A stretch of DNA of 63,032 nucleotides, filler included, from Phoronis australis (lineage: Eukaryota > Animalia > Phoronida): the NCBI GenBank assembly GCA_002633005.1. It is 11 parts of 11 records of this genome, joined end to end, with 100 filler letters (N's around TTAATTAATTAA, not from the genome) between each part and the next. Parts side by side here need not be neighbours in the genome. Positions count along the whole stretch, not along the records: positions 1 to 21,944 come from NMRA01000307.1; positions 22,045 to 25,000 come from NMRA01003305.1; positions 25,101 to 31,707 come from NMRA01002139.1; 8 more parts are not named here. One strand, 5' to 3'. Under the pieces are notes generated by a model. That model worked only from the letters and a program-made list of their open reading frames with translations, had not been told where the DNA came from and ran no database searches. Both the position numbers and the translations under genes were made by a program. Below are positions 13,480-25,765 of the stretch, in pieces. The stretch's first letter is position 1. Every line of letters starts with the position of its first letter.

Positions 13480-14895
13480 CAGCCACTGAATTTTTAGACT
13501 TCATCCGGGCTACCTCACGCCTGGCCAGACCGGACGACAACCGGAACGCTGGCGTGACAGAAATCAGTCACGGTCGCCTCACGCCTACTCTCCGGGTAGT
13601 CCTCACGCTTACCCCCGGTTCAGTTAACGCCTTCCTCGCGCCTTGTTCACGCTTTCCTCAGGCTTTCTTCTCGCTTACGGTAGCTGTGGTAACCATGGTA
13701 GGGCACCGGGCTAACCAGTAAAAATACATGTAACGTCTTCATTGCCTGTCGTTTCGGACAAGTTGCAAAGACATTATAGTATATTATAGAGTATCTTTGC
13801 AAGCAGTCATCTATCACACTTGCGTTCCGACTAACTCTGTAATTCAACGTGTTGTTCATACAAACGTCTTCCTTCAGCTCATCATGTGTTACGGTTACAT
13901 GTACATGTTCAATTTACGACTAAAGAGCCAGTCCCATCAACAACATACACGTACATGTACAGTAACCACGGTTAGTAAATACGAATATACGCGACCCTGT
14001 GTCCAGAGTCGTCTTTACATGGCTGTGGACTCCTTGAAACTTGTCACAGCTGGACATAGTTAATTCGCCCTAAAAGTAGCCTACGCATCTTGTGAAGTAT
14101 TGTGTCACTCCGTAACTTTTTGCACCGCACTGGCGTACAGAAAATTTCAATAGGACGCCCTTCTGACATACCCATCCCTTACTGCAAGCAAATGTTTTGA
14201 CTAAAAAGTCCTCAATCCGTAGTGCAGTTTAATTATTTGTAGCCCCCTCCCCGTAGTACATGCGTTTCGACTGAGTTAACAGTATCCAGGGGGGTAATTC
14301 TTCACTATAATAGCGGTCATCTGTTTGACTCGTCAAATGCATGGGCGCGATCAGTTTTCTCCGCATGATGCCGGAACTTGGGATCAATGTGCTCAGAAGT
14401 GACATGCTATGCTCCTTCATATCGTGAAGGCAATTGAATATTTCCGCCATGTACACGCGTGTTAAGATTCTTTATAAGTTTATATAAAAAACAAATAATT
14501 ATATATAAGTGAAAAGTAGAGTCCACAGGTCTGTTTCCTGAAGTGACTTAAGATTTGAGAAGGACATTTTGGTCTTTTACTGAACGTGACGATTTAAAAA
14601 AAATTAAACCTCACATGAGCAAAAGTCTATGAGAATACACACATCACTGCTAGTTACTGATATAATTTTAATAAATTACTTTTTCATCTGTGATGCAGGT
14701 AAACTCAAGCCTGGCTCACGGCTGGCTCGCCCATCGTTCACGCCTAACTCACGGTCAGCTCCGGGTACAGTCGCGCTTAGGCTCACGCCAGCTGTCACGG
14801 TTGATTCACGCCTCAGTCTCCGGTCTGTCTCCGGTTACGGTCACGGGTGGCTAGACCGGAGAGAAACCGGAGAGAGTCTAATAATTCAGTGGCTG
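13480..14895. mobile_element. Non-autonomous DNA transposon, 21-bp TIRs, CTCACG subterminal arrays
   Basis: CAGCCACTGAATTTTTAGACT / AGTCTAATAATTCAGTGGCTG, TA on both flanks; many ctcacg(c/g) motifs at 13515-13680 and 14710-14845. Confidence 0.8.
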
Positions 14896-15234
14896 TACTG
14901 TACTGTGTGTTTGTTAGACGGTCGTCTCTTGGTTTACGCTCACGTTCGTAGTCACCAGCGGCGTCGGACTTCCGAGAAGAACGTTTAAATCATTCAAACT
15001 AGATCAGCATGCTACTACATGTAGCAATTACTTGAAACAGTACACATCAAACATGAAAAGGCCTTTTGTGTAATCGTCATGTATCGCCTTGCTGCGAAAA
15101 TACGAAGTGCGGCTGGTCTGATAAAACATGCATCAAGCGTGCGCAGCTCCCTCGGTGGGGGCAGTTCTACCAAACACCTGAAAACATGTATGCTTTATTA
15201 ATATACACATTCCATTGAGGTATACACACATGAA

Positions 15235-15354
15235 AACCAAGCTGAGGAGCTAGAGACGTGACTCAAGGGTCAAGAAGTGACGTCAGGTGGGATTTGAACC
15301 GGCGACCTTGTGAACAGGAGGCGTAAACTTAACACACAAGGCCACATTGGCTCC
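15235..15354 (-). mobile_element. tRNA-derived SINE head
   Basis: B box GGTTCAAATCC (15290-15300), A-box-like TGGCCTTGTG; body gctgaggagctagaRacNtgactcaagg shared with 22585-22727. Confidence 0.65.
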
Positions 15355-16995
15355 ACGCACGTCTCGTTCCAGCCATCGTGTTTCGTATTAGATATTTCTG
15401 AACGAGTCATTTAAAAAGGCAAAGCCAACTTTAAAATTTGATAAGACCTTTCTAAATGATCTCTTTTGCAGGTTGATTATTTTTGCCTAGATCTTTTTTT
15501 CTGCCGATGATATTCAAAAACAAATTTCGGACTATTAACGCACGTGTCTTTCCGTTAACCAAATATCGAATTCTGGTCAATTTCAAGGCGAATAGATTTA
15601 CAAGCAGGACAGTCGTACATGTAATTTCATTCAATCAGTGATATTCTGGAAGACGGAATGTTCCTTCGTGGGTCATTTGAAAATCCCACTGCGAAACAAA
15701 GGTAATTTGACGTCATCATTAGCGTAAATGATTTCTACCAAAAGAAGATCTGGGCTGGCACTTACGAGTTGCAGCGGATAATACGAAATAGAAATAGTTT
15801 AGCTTAAAAGATATTTAAAGTCGAATTTATACAAATTGGTCGAGTTGTCATTAGTTTACCCTACCATTTCATTCGTACTGTGACAAAATTTCGATGTGCA
15901 AATCATAATCTCCTTGTAGAGTGTGGACGATTTACGGAATGCGTTTGTTATTTAACACTTGGTGAGTATATTGGAGATTGACTCTTCTTTTTAATGGAGT
16001 ATAATTCTTAATCGGATCTTATGTCTATTTGTATTGACGGGATATTGGAAATTTCCTTCATGACCCAGATATGTGACATGACAGCGTTTTCCCGTTCAGT
16101 TCTGAGCGTGTGATAACATCTAGCTTCTTTGTTAACTGCCAAGCAAAATCTTTTGTCTGTTAAGACAACAGGCAGGCCAATTATCTACCAGCCTTGTTAC
16201 ACACCACGTGTGAGCACCGTCAAACCCAAAGCAAATTGGTACATTCAGAAAGAATAGATTATCGTAACTTCGGTTGCAGTTGGGCGATTTTGGCGATTCA
16301 AAAATTAAACATGATCACCATTAGACGAGGATTTCAGAAATGCCATTGGTTTATGTTCAAATATGTTACAACTTCACTTTTATTTTTAACAGCACAGCCC
16401 AGTCAGGCTAGATACGACCTTTTTGAAGATTAGAGCAATTATCGAACAAAAGAGAGCTAACCCTCCAACCACGAATGCCAGAATGGAGTTAATCAGTCGT
16501 GTAAGATAATGGCTACAGGGGTAAACTTCCCAACTTGTTCTTGGGCTATAGAATCGAACAAGTTAGGAGCAACGGAAAAACGCCGTAAGGAGGCAGCTGA
16601 GTGGCCCCTTGTGTAGCGATGAGCGACACTTTGTAACGCGATTGTGACTCGATTTCTTCGTACCTGTGCGCATGTGCAAGTACTTTAAGCCTGTGTCCTT
16701 GTACAACGAATCAACGGTTCTCTAAAAAGCTAGGAAGTCCCATAAGAATAATGTTCCCGGCATGGACGCCGAGTGCCGTCCATCACCTGCTCAAAAGCGA
16801 TAAGTATTTACATGCCGTGTTTCGTTATGTCGCCGCTATATCGGAACGTCGTTACGTTAACAGAGACCTTTCATCAATACCCACTGAGGTTCAAATTCTT
16901 TCACCAAGATACCTCGAAACGGGTCTGTGCGAGCGTAAGCTGTCCGTAACAGTAATATATTTGGAAGTGCATTAAACAAAATTTTAATTTTCTGC

Positions 16996-17001
16996 TTTAT
17001 T
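16996..17001 (-). terminator. Candidate polyadenylation signal AATAAA
   Basis: tttatt on + strand, about 140 nt 3' of the stop codon at 17140. Confidence 0.45.
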
Positions 17002-17139
17002 TCACCATCAACTGTACGGTTATACATTCAACTGGTGGAAATCTGGGTTTTGTGGGAATTTAGTGAAACAACCAGTATCTGGGGTCTGTTTAAAAATCAG
17101 AGAATCCACAACAAGAATGGTACTCCCGATAGGTGAGAG

Positions 17140-17325
17140 TTATGGCCCGTCTTTAATGGTCAGTTTCCTCCCATGCTTGTCGAAACATTGTCTCTTGTTG
17201 TCACATCTAACCATTTGCAAAACACCCGGAGCTTCCCCTCTCAAAACCAAGGTGTGACTGTGTCCGTTGGCTTGTGTTGATATTGCCGTCACCCTTGCAT
17301 CCACTTTGGTGAACAGAGTATGGAC
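17140..17325 (-). CDS. Terminal coding exon of an upstream gene, probably a tandem paralog of gene A
   Basis: Strong acceptor ctttcttttttcataacag|; VHTLFTKVDARVTAISTQANGHSHTLVLRGEAPGVLQMVRCDNKRQCFDKHGRKLTIKDGP*; AATAAA about 140 nt downstream; family assignment from recalled C-terminal GHxH...CD...CxDxH pattern, unverified. Confidence 0.7.
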   Translation of the reverse strand, partial: VHTLFTKVDARVTAISTQANGHSHTLVLRGEAPGVLQMVRCDNKRQCFDKHGRKLTIKDGP

Positions 17326-18209
17326 CTGTTATGAAAAAAGAAAGGCCAGACATGCAAAGAGTGTACACTACATACACTGTATGTACATTATGTACTGTTT
17401 GGGAAATTGACGTGTCCGGCTCCACCGGTACTGTTGCATGGAAGGTTACCTATTCGACGACCCGGCTCGCTCTAATGCACCGATTCAGAGGAAAAAGTGA
17501 AAAAAGTGACTGAACTAACATTTAGTGACATTATTATGAGTGCAAAAATTGATATTGGTGGATTTAAGCTGTTGAACATGCTTTTCTTGGGTTGTGTCAT
17601 TTTTGAGAACTACAGTACAAAGCCGGTTACTGATTTATAGTTAGAATTACAATTGATTATTTTTTGAAAACCATTGAAGCAAAAATTTTCACACTTTCAG
17701 GATGTGATTGATATACATTCGAGATAAGATTTTTGTAAATCACCCTGCACTGTGTTGCCCTCAAGTGAAATTATAGAACTTTAAAACGTTTGAATTTCAT
17801 CAGAATATATTATTTAAAAAATCATTGGTTTTCCAACTGTGACATTTTCCTCTGATTTTGGACTTTTGTTTTAGTTAAAGATATCACTGAATGCATAATT
17901 TTATAGCCTTTCAGAAAATGTATACATGTTGTGGGTTACTGAGCTTAAAAGGGCACTTGACCGGAATAGCGCGCTAAACAAAAGCTCATTCATACTTACT
18001 TTCAAAAGACTGAAATCCTGAGGGCGATTACTGATTGGCTGATATGTCAGTGACGTGGTTGGTGGGGCTTTGACTGCATATCACATATTGCTGTGCCATA
18101 TTGTGAATAGCTTACATCGTAGTTTATCATTTTATACCACAGTATTTGCGTCGAATGGCAGATAACCATTTGGTTATCTCATTAGTGAGATAACATTTTG
18201 GCGGGAAAT

Positions 18210-18279
18210 CGAGGCCGGTTTCGAACCAGGGCGTCAAGAGTTACGAGTCGCCGACTATACCACTACACCACTCTGCGGC
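18210..18279 (-). mobile_element. tRNA-like (SINE head) sequence
   Basis: A box TGGTGTAGTGG and B box GGTTCGAAACC at tRNA spacing; no clean cloverleaf. Confidence 0.5.
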
Positions 18280-19723
18280 GGACGTCATCGAACGTCGAAA
18301 AAAGAATACTTCAATGAGCACGCACAACAATTGCATGTTCAGCAAAGGGCATTGTACCGACATTTATACGCTATGAAAAATAAGACGCATAATTTCCACA
18401 AAAATGATATCTTAATTCAGTGAAAATTTTCTCTCGTGTTCTCTCACTTGTAAATCACCGATCTCCAAATTGAATGCGGGTGTTGTGTCGTCGGGATCCT
18501 TCGACTTGAGCATTATACTATTGGTAACCTACTTTAGCAGACGATATTTTCCCGGTCGAAGCTTAGAACGATAACATTTGTAGTGAGGTATAATAGTTGC
18601 TAAACCTTAATTTATACATTCACTTTATTTCTATTTTGTTTAAATTTTCAATTGGTTTTGATTAAAAGCATTATTTGACAAAAATAGCTCGACTTTTTTT
18701 AAAAGGTCACTCGGGCTTTAGATAACGGGGGATAACGACTTCGCCATGTAATAATCTATATGTATCAGCCGTTCTTACGTTTTACTATTTGCCACAGTGC
18801 TGTAAAAGGTTCACCATGACTTTTTGTATGGCTAATGGTTGTTCGAACTCTTCGAAAAAGGTGTATTCTAAGGGGATGGTCATCGTATATCACCGCCGGG
18901 TTTCCAGAGCCTTGTCCCAAAGCTGTATACTGAATACATGTATACAGGTTTGAGCTGATATGGGTAAAATGTGGACAAATAAAATCTGACTCAAAATTAG
19001 TGTCATAAAAACAACTCACATCCTTGAGTAGGCCTAAACCAACTTATTTACCGGTTTTGGAAAAGTTAGCGGTCGTTAATCGGCTACTGCTATATTGTGA
19101 TGCGCTATCTTGAGTCGGCTTTTGGCGATTACGTCACCTGGGCTGAGTTGCATAAAGCTTCAAAAGATATCCGCTGGATAAGTTTGATTGTTGCATGACG
19201 TCATGTGCATTGTTCAACAATAACAACATGTCGCGTGATAATGCGACGTCATTGTTGCTATACGGCGTATAACTTTTATGCAACTGGGCCCTGATCTTTA
19301 CCAATTTCTTTTCCCCCGATTTTTTTATCAAATGTTCTTTACTGCCGGCACAAGGTTGCGTACATGTTACAACAAATTATCGTAACGTGTTACATTTGAT
19401 TTCGTTACAAGGTTTTAGTATTTTGATACCAGCCAACCGAATTTTAGAACTAACCTTGCTGCTGCAAAGCTATTATCTCCTAAAAGAAGTCGCAATATAT
19501 CAGGGAATGGCGCGTGCGCCGTGTCGCGAGCGTGCTGCTTCTGAAACGGACGACACAATTTTCCTTGTTACAAAAGGCGGCAAATTATGCTAGAAAATGA
19601 CATTTATTTGGTTGCTTTCCACTTAAACTGCTGCTACGAATAAGGTACCGGATCCTAACTAACACAAAGTCGTGTGATAAAAGAAGTTGGCAGTATATGC
19701 GGAAGGTCGAGATGTTCCAGTCA

Positions 19724-21080
19724 TTACTCTGCGCGTGTAAGCGCAGAGTACTTTTGTTCCTGGGTTTTCTTCAATTTTATTACTCTGCGCGTGTAAGCGC
19801 AGAGTACTGTTGTTCCTGGGTTTTCTTCAATTTTATTACTCAGCGCCTGTAAGCGCAGAGTACTGTTGTTCCTGGGTTTTCTTCAATTTTATTCTTCTTA
19901 TTCTTAATCTTCTTCCGACCAATTTTGAGCCTTAATAACTCCAAATTGGGTGCATGTACGGTCTTTAAATTCAGCATATGACTTTTTACAGATTTTTAAT
20001 TTTGATTAGTTATATAACCATAATTTATATTGCACCGGAAGAGGTCGTTTGGTGCAAAGGTCATATAATTTTCAAAATGCTACTCCTCCTTCAATTTTAA
20101 AGCTATTTTTTCAAATTCGGTGCACAGGTATATGTCAACATGACAATTTAAAAACGTACTTTTCTAAGTAATCGGGTCACCCAATCAGGTGAAATAGGTC
20201 AAAGGTCATTAGGTGCAAACTAATTTTTTGAGCTAGACACTTCAAATTCACAGGTCTGATTGCCACAGGTAAATCAAATCGGAATCCAAATTTTCAGGTC
20301 ATTTAGTGCAAACAGGGGGTCATTAGGTGCATTTTTCTTCTGAAAATTTGACCTTTTCAATCAGCAGGTTTTCTAATGTGTCAACCGTTAGACAACTGTG
20401 ATTCTCAGCGTTAAACACATTTTCCATTGGCTTTGCAATAATTCACCTAAAGATGTTAAAAATGCACCGGATAAGGTCAAGTAGGGGAAAGGTCAGGTAA
20501 CGTTAAAAATGTTATATCTCTTACGTTTTTCAAGAAATTCTTTTCAATTTCAGCACACTGGTGTAAGTCAACATGTCAATTGAATACCCTACTTTACTTC
20601 GCAATAGGCCTAACCAATCAGAAAAAATAGGTCAAAGGTCATTGAAGGCAAACTAAAATTTTGAGCTAGAGACTTCAGAGTTACGTATCTGTTTACTTAG
20701 TGCGATTGAGTTTGAATTCTAAATTTTCAGGTCATTTGGTGCACCCAAGGGGTCATTAGGTGCATTTTTCTTCTGAAAGTTTGACCATCTCATTCATCTT
20801 GTATTCTGAAGTGCTTAAAGTAAACATCTGTGATTATTAGCATTAACCACACTTTTAATCGAGTTAACAATTATTCCCTCATCGGGGCTCCTAATGCACC
20901 GGAAGAGGTCAATTAGTGGAAAGGTCAGCAAAAAATTAATATGTAATTTCTCCTACAATTTTAAAGAAGTCCTTTTCACATTGGTAAACGGGTTGCTGTG
21001 AGTAACTTCCCATAGTAATTCCAGTAATACGCACGCGCAGAGTCCGTTAATGTCACACCGTGACAATAATCTTTCTAGTT
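19724..21080 (+). mobile_element. Helentron-associated/DINE-1-like non-autonomous element, complete copy
   Basis: 5' hairpin TACTCTGCGCgtgtaaGCGCAGAGTA (56-bp head triplicated), TTCTTA microsatellite, internal repeats with GGTCAAAGGTCA, 3' CACGCGCAGAGT complementary to the head, hairpin TGTCACaccGTGACA, ends ctagTT. Confidence 0.75.
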
Positions 21081-21697
21081 ACTCTGCGCGTGTAAGCGCA
21101 GAATACTGTTGTTCCGGGGTTTTCTTCAATTTTATTCTTATTCTTATTCTTATTCTTCTTCCGACCAACTTTGAGGCTTAATAACTCCAAATTGGGTGCA
21201 GGTACGGTCTTTAAATTCAGCATAGGACTTTTTACAGTATATAAATTGGTTATACAATGTATAATCATATTCGATATTGCACCGGAAGAGGTCGTTTGTT
21301 GCAAAGGTCATATAATTTTCAAAATGCTACTCTTCCTTCACTTTAAAACTTTCTTTTTCAAATTCGGTGCACAGGTATAAGTCCACATGACAATTTAAAA
21401 AATTACTTTTCTAAGTAATCGGGTCATCCAATCAGGTGAAATAGGTCAAAGGTCATTAGGTGCAAACTAAAATTTTGAGCTAGACACTTCAAATTGACAG
21501 GTCGGATTGCCACATGTAAATCAAATCGGAATCAAAAGTTTCAGGTCATTCAGTGCAAACTTGGGGTCATTAGGTGCATTTTCCTTCTGAAAATTTGACC
21601 TTTTCAATCAGCAAGTATTCTGATGTGTCAACTCTTAGACAACTGTGATTCTCAGCGCTAAGCACATTTTCCATGGGATTTGCAATAATTCTCCTTA
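21081..21697 (+). mobile_element. Second, head-to-tail copy of the same element, truncated
   Basis: Aligns with about 19836-20450; similarity stops at TTAA|AGGCACTATTT (21695-21710), start of another element. Confidence 0.75.
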
Positions 21698-21944
21698 AAG
21701 GCACTATTTCCGCTTCATTTTTGTTAAAAACTTCATGAAACGGATCTTTACGCAAACACTTTTATTCGAAACCTAAGCCCAAATAATAGCCTTCGCCATG
21801 GCATCGAATTTTTTTATAATGAACTGAATTTAATACAGATTTTTTTAGCTTAATTTTTCATTTTGTGTGGTGCACCAAGAAATAAATGGATGCCGGACGA
21901 AGTGTCAATCGAAGATTCGAGTGTCGAATATGAACTTGGAGTTT

Positions 21945-22044
21945 NNNNNNNNNNNNNNNNNNNNNNNNNNNNNNNNNNNNNNNNNNNNTTAATTAATTAA
22001 NNNNNNNNNNNNNNNNNNNNNNNNNNNNNNNNNNNNNNNNNNNN
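21945..22044. other. Artificial 100-bp spacer N44-TTAATTAATTAA-N44 (first of ten)
   Basis: Identical spacers at 21945, 25001, 31708, 35546, 43674, 47450, 51248, 55404, 57215 and 60944; core has stops in all six frames. Confidence 0.97.
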
Positions 22045-22584
22045 GGTGTTAGCGTGGGCACCCTCTCAGTAGAGTGCGCAGGCGGTCCGTTACAAATGAC
22101 AGAAAAAACGAAGATTATATCAAAGTTATCCGTAGTCACTATTTCTGCGTCCAGCACTGTTTCTTTTGAAATGGAACAAAAATATCTTTTCCCGGTGGAC
22201 GATGTCTGAAGTATTGCGTATCTAACGGTATCACGTAGTTGATGATCGCCAGAGTAATCATACATGTAGTTACTACATAACATTTGATTTGACAACGCTT
22301 ACTGAGGACGCTAAGAAGTTCATCATGTTCACTGCGACAGCGCCGGGGTATTCGTGGGTTGTCAGCCAGTGGACACCCTGTTAAGAGTGTCTCCGTATCA
22401 AAACCAAAAGGTAGAGCCTATATCCAAAATCACAGATTTCTTAGAGACTTAGCACACGAGTGTGGTTGAAAAAACTAATTGCATGCGGTCTGGTACACGT
22501 TGTACCAGACGTGCGCAGGCCGCGCTATGGGCCAATTGCACTGATCACCAGGAACTATTGTTGTACTTTATTAATCATAGTAAA

Positions 22585-22727
22585 AACTGAGCTGAGGAGC
22601 TAGAAACCTGACTCAAGGATTTAGAAACCTGACTCAATGATCCAGCAGTGTAGCCCAGTGGGAGTCGAACCCACGACCTCGAGTAAAGAAGGCGGGCAAT
22701 TATCACTCTAAACCAAACTACCTCCCC
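22585..22727 (-). mobile_element. tRNA-derived SINE head (same family as 15235-15354)
   Basis: Perfect B box GGTTCGACTCC (22661-22671); shared body motif with a local duplication of tagaaacctgactcaa. Confidence 0.65.
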
Positions 22728-25671
22728 TTGAATTTGGTTTGGTGAGCTGTAGAAAAATCTCGCTTTTAAAGAATTTTCGTTCATTATTTCTGTTTTTATG
22801 ACCTGTAGATCCATTTTGCAACAAAATTGGGCGCCGAAGTAAACATGTTTGAATGCATTTTACTTGCATGTGTAGTTATCTGATTGAAAGGACTATGATT
22901 GGATAATTTAATGGTACAACTTTCAAAATTCATTAACGGCTATTTGGAAGGTTTTCACTGAAACCATTTTCGGCCTAATTTGGCACTCTGTAGTCAGGAG
23001 CAGATCCTGATCGCGTAATACATCCAGAAAACAACTTGGTTTCATTTGAAAGAGCTTAAACTTGATTTTTATAACCATTTAATGGTTTGTAATCTATGCT
23101 CATAATTTCCAAAATAAACAGTTTTGCAAGAGAATTTTCACTAAAATGTAAAGTTGAGACAAGTCATTTTTGCTCAGTCATCAAGATCAACTCCTTGACT
23201 GTATGTTCAAAAAGTTACTGTATACAAAGCTACAATGTGCAATATGGCGGTAAGAGGGTCACAAAACAGCCACTAAAATTAGTTAGGAAAAGTGATATGT
23301 GGATTATTTTTCCTGTCTAGCAAATTTTGAATAAATGCCAGATAATTACGAACAGTATCCTTTGGTTATTCCAGCCACCAAAGCACACTTTCAATATATG
23401 TTGTATATTAATTATTTTCGTTACTGAAAACTTACAATTTTCGAAACGGCTAATATGACCAATTGCGGTCTAATGACATTTGGCATTTTTGTTAGGATAC
23501 CTATCCACGTACAAAAATGATGTTGTTTTGAATTTTGACGTGTAGACTGATTTTTGAAAATCTACTGGTTTTTATATAGACTGCCTCTTAATTGCCCAGT
23601 TCTTTGCTCTGCGTACCTGAAGTGCGTTGTTTCCTTGTTACCCTAACGCCTGTTTGGAGAAAGTTCACTGCCCGGTCTTTATTTGAGTTATGCACTGGAG
23701 GGGCACCGACTAAGGGACTGTTTCATAATACCTGGTTGAAAATGGGTGCTCGAGTTTCGAGTTACTCACTCGGGAGGGGAGAGGGGGTAATTTCACCATC
23801 CTACGTCAAAATCCTCAATTTGTCAGAGCGTTATTTCAGACTAGCAAAACTATCTAGTCCACGTTGCTTTTTGGGTAGGGCAAAGACTCGCGAGGAGCAG
23901 ATGGCTTCGTCATCCCTTGCCAGATGGCGGTCCTAGAGAAAGTGGCACACCTTTGCATTCCATAAGAATTTTTTCCTTGTCAATTAGCTTTGGAAAAATA
24001 TATGCATAAACAAGTTTTCTCGGATTCTTTCAAAGTATGTATGAATAAATGCATATTTTCAAGTGAGCGCAGACGAAACAGACTGCAAATTTTTCAAAAA
24101 CTGATGTCCCCGACCAAAAATGTTCTGGTCAGAGCCTCCGAAGGATAAACCATTGAAAATTGACACGTGTTCTCTAAATTTTTTAAAATTATCTTCTCTG
24201 TGTCTTTCTTTTCTCGACAACCNACCCCCCCCCCCCCTCCCCACCGGTTTCATTCTCACAACTGCATATTATTGGGAGCACTTACATGTAATATTTCCCT
24301 GTTTAATTGGAGGGGGCAGCATTCCCACCCCCCTCCTACGCCTATGCCTTTAACGGACTGAACATTGAAATACATAAATTTGTCTCAAAATTTGCCTTGT
24401 TATGATAGGAATGGATAATTCTGTCAAACACATTTAGGCTCCGCCCATAGCAATTAGAAGCGCTATGCAAATTTGGATGAAGTCTCCTGCATCCGTAAAC
24501 CAATAATAACAACAGGTTCTTTTTGACGTGTTCTCGATAATATGTCATTGAACTGTGACCGACATGGAGCCACACAGTCACACAAAGTCCTGTTGGTGAA
24601 ACAAACTGCTCCACTCAACGCCATATCCACCATTTCAACCCAAGACAATCAACTCCTTCCCAGCAATTGAGCTTAAAGAGAGAAAGATTGATTCAAACGG
24701 CAAGGTACCGTTGTTGCCTCTCAGTGTTGCATCGCACCAAGTTCCCTAGAGCTCTCTGGGTAATAATTCTTCTTAATCTGACTCAGGGTCTAGATACGGG
24801 AAATAACAGCCTCATCATCTAGTAATCTACATTTATGCGCCCACATGCATGTATGTGCTGCATGTGGGCGCAGATAACCGCGTCATTTCTGTCTGGGCTT
24901 CCGGCATCTGGGAGTCTGATATCAATTATTGGGGACAAATAAAACAACAAGAATAATAAATATTTTAAGTTGTATTGGGAATTTCAGGGTCACAGCTCTA
25001 NNNNNNNNNNNNNNNNNNNNNNNNNNNNNNNNNNNNNNNNNNNNTTAATTAATTAANNNNNNNNNNNNNNNNNNNNNNNNNNNNNNNNNNNNNNNNNNNN
25101 ATCATCACTTCATCACGCTGTATAATACGCTTTACCACAGATAATTATTGTTTATTTTTGTATAATTTCTTAATATGTTGGTACAGCAGTATAACAAAAG
25201 TTTATTTTAAGAACAACATAAACAATGGTTTTAACATAGTGCAGAGATTAAGATCATGGGCGCATGAAAACAGAAGGAATGTGATCGGTTATAGTGTCAT
25301 CCATGATCCATCATCATTCTGAATTTGTTGTCACTTTCGGAGTAAAAAAATTGTTTCGAAGCTAGAGCCTTCCTATTTAGCCAGCTCGCTGTATGAAGAC
25401 TATTGTCAAAATACAGCAAGGTGTTGCTATGTATTGAGCTGCGACAGACCTCGAAATTGCACACAGCCCGAATAGTTACGCTCGTCACCTAGTCGTGAAG
25501 CTTGTATCAACATGAGCTAAAGACCGGCGGGTGTGCATGCAAAATCTGGAACTCACTTGACATTCACAATGCCTGTTATGGCCGTTTAAGCAAAAAATAT
25601 CCGACATCATTTTCTTGCGAAATTCTCTACATTGGTAACANGACACGTACGAACACATGCCCGCCTGTCCT

Positions 25672-25765
25672 CACCCGCCCACACACATACGCGCGCACGC
25701 ACACATACGCGTGCACACACACATACGCGCGCACACACATACACACACACATACATGTACGTACG
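25672..25765. repeat. Compound CA/CG microsatellite
   Basis: cacacatacgcgcgcacgcacacatacgc... repeats. Confidence 0.9.
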
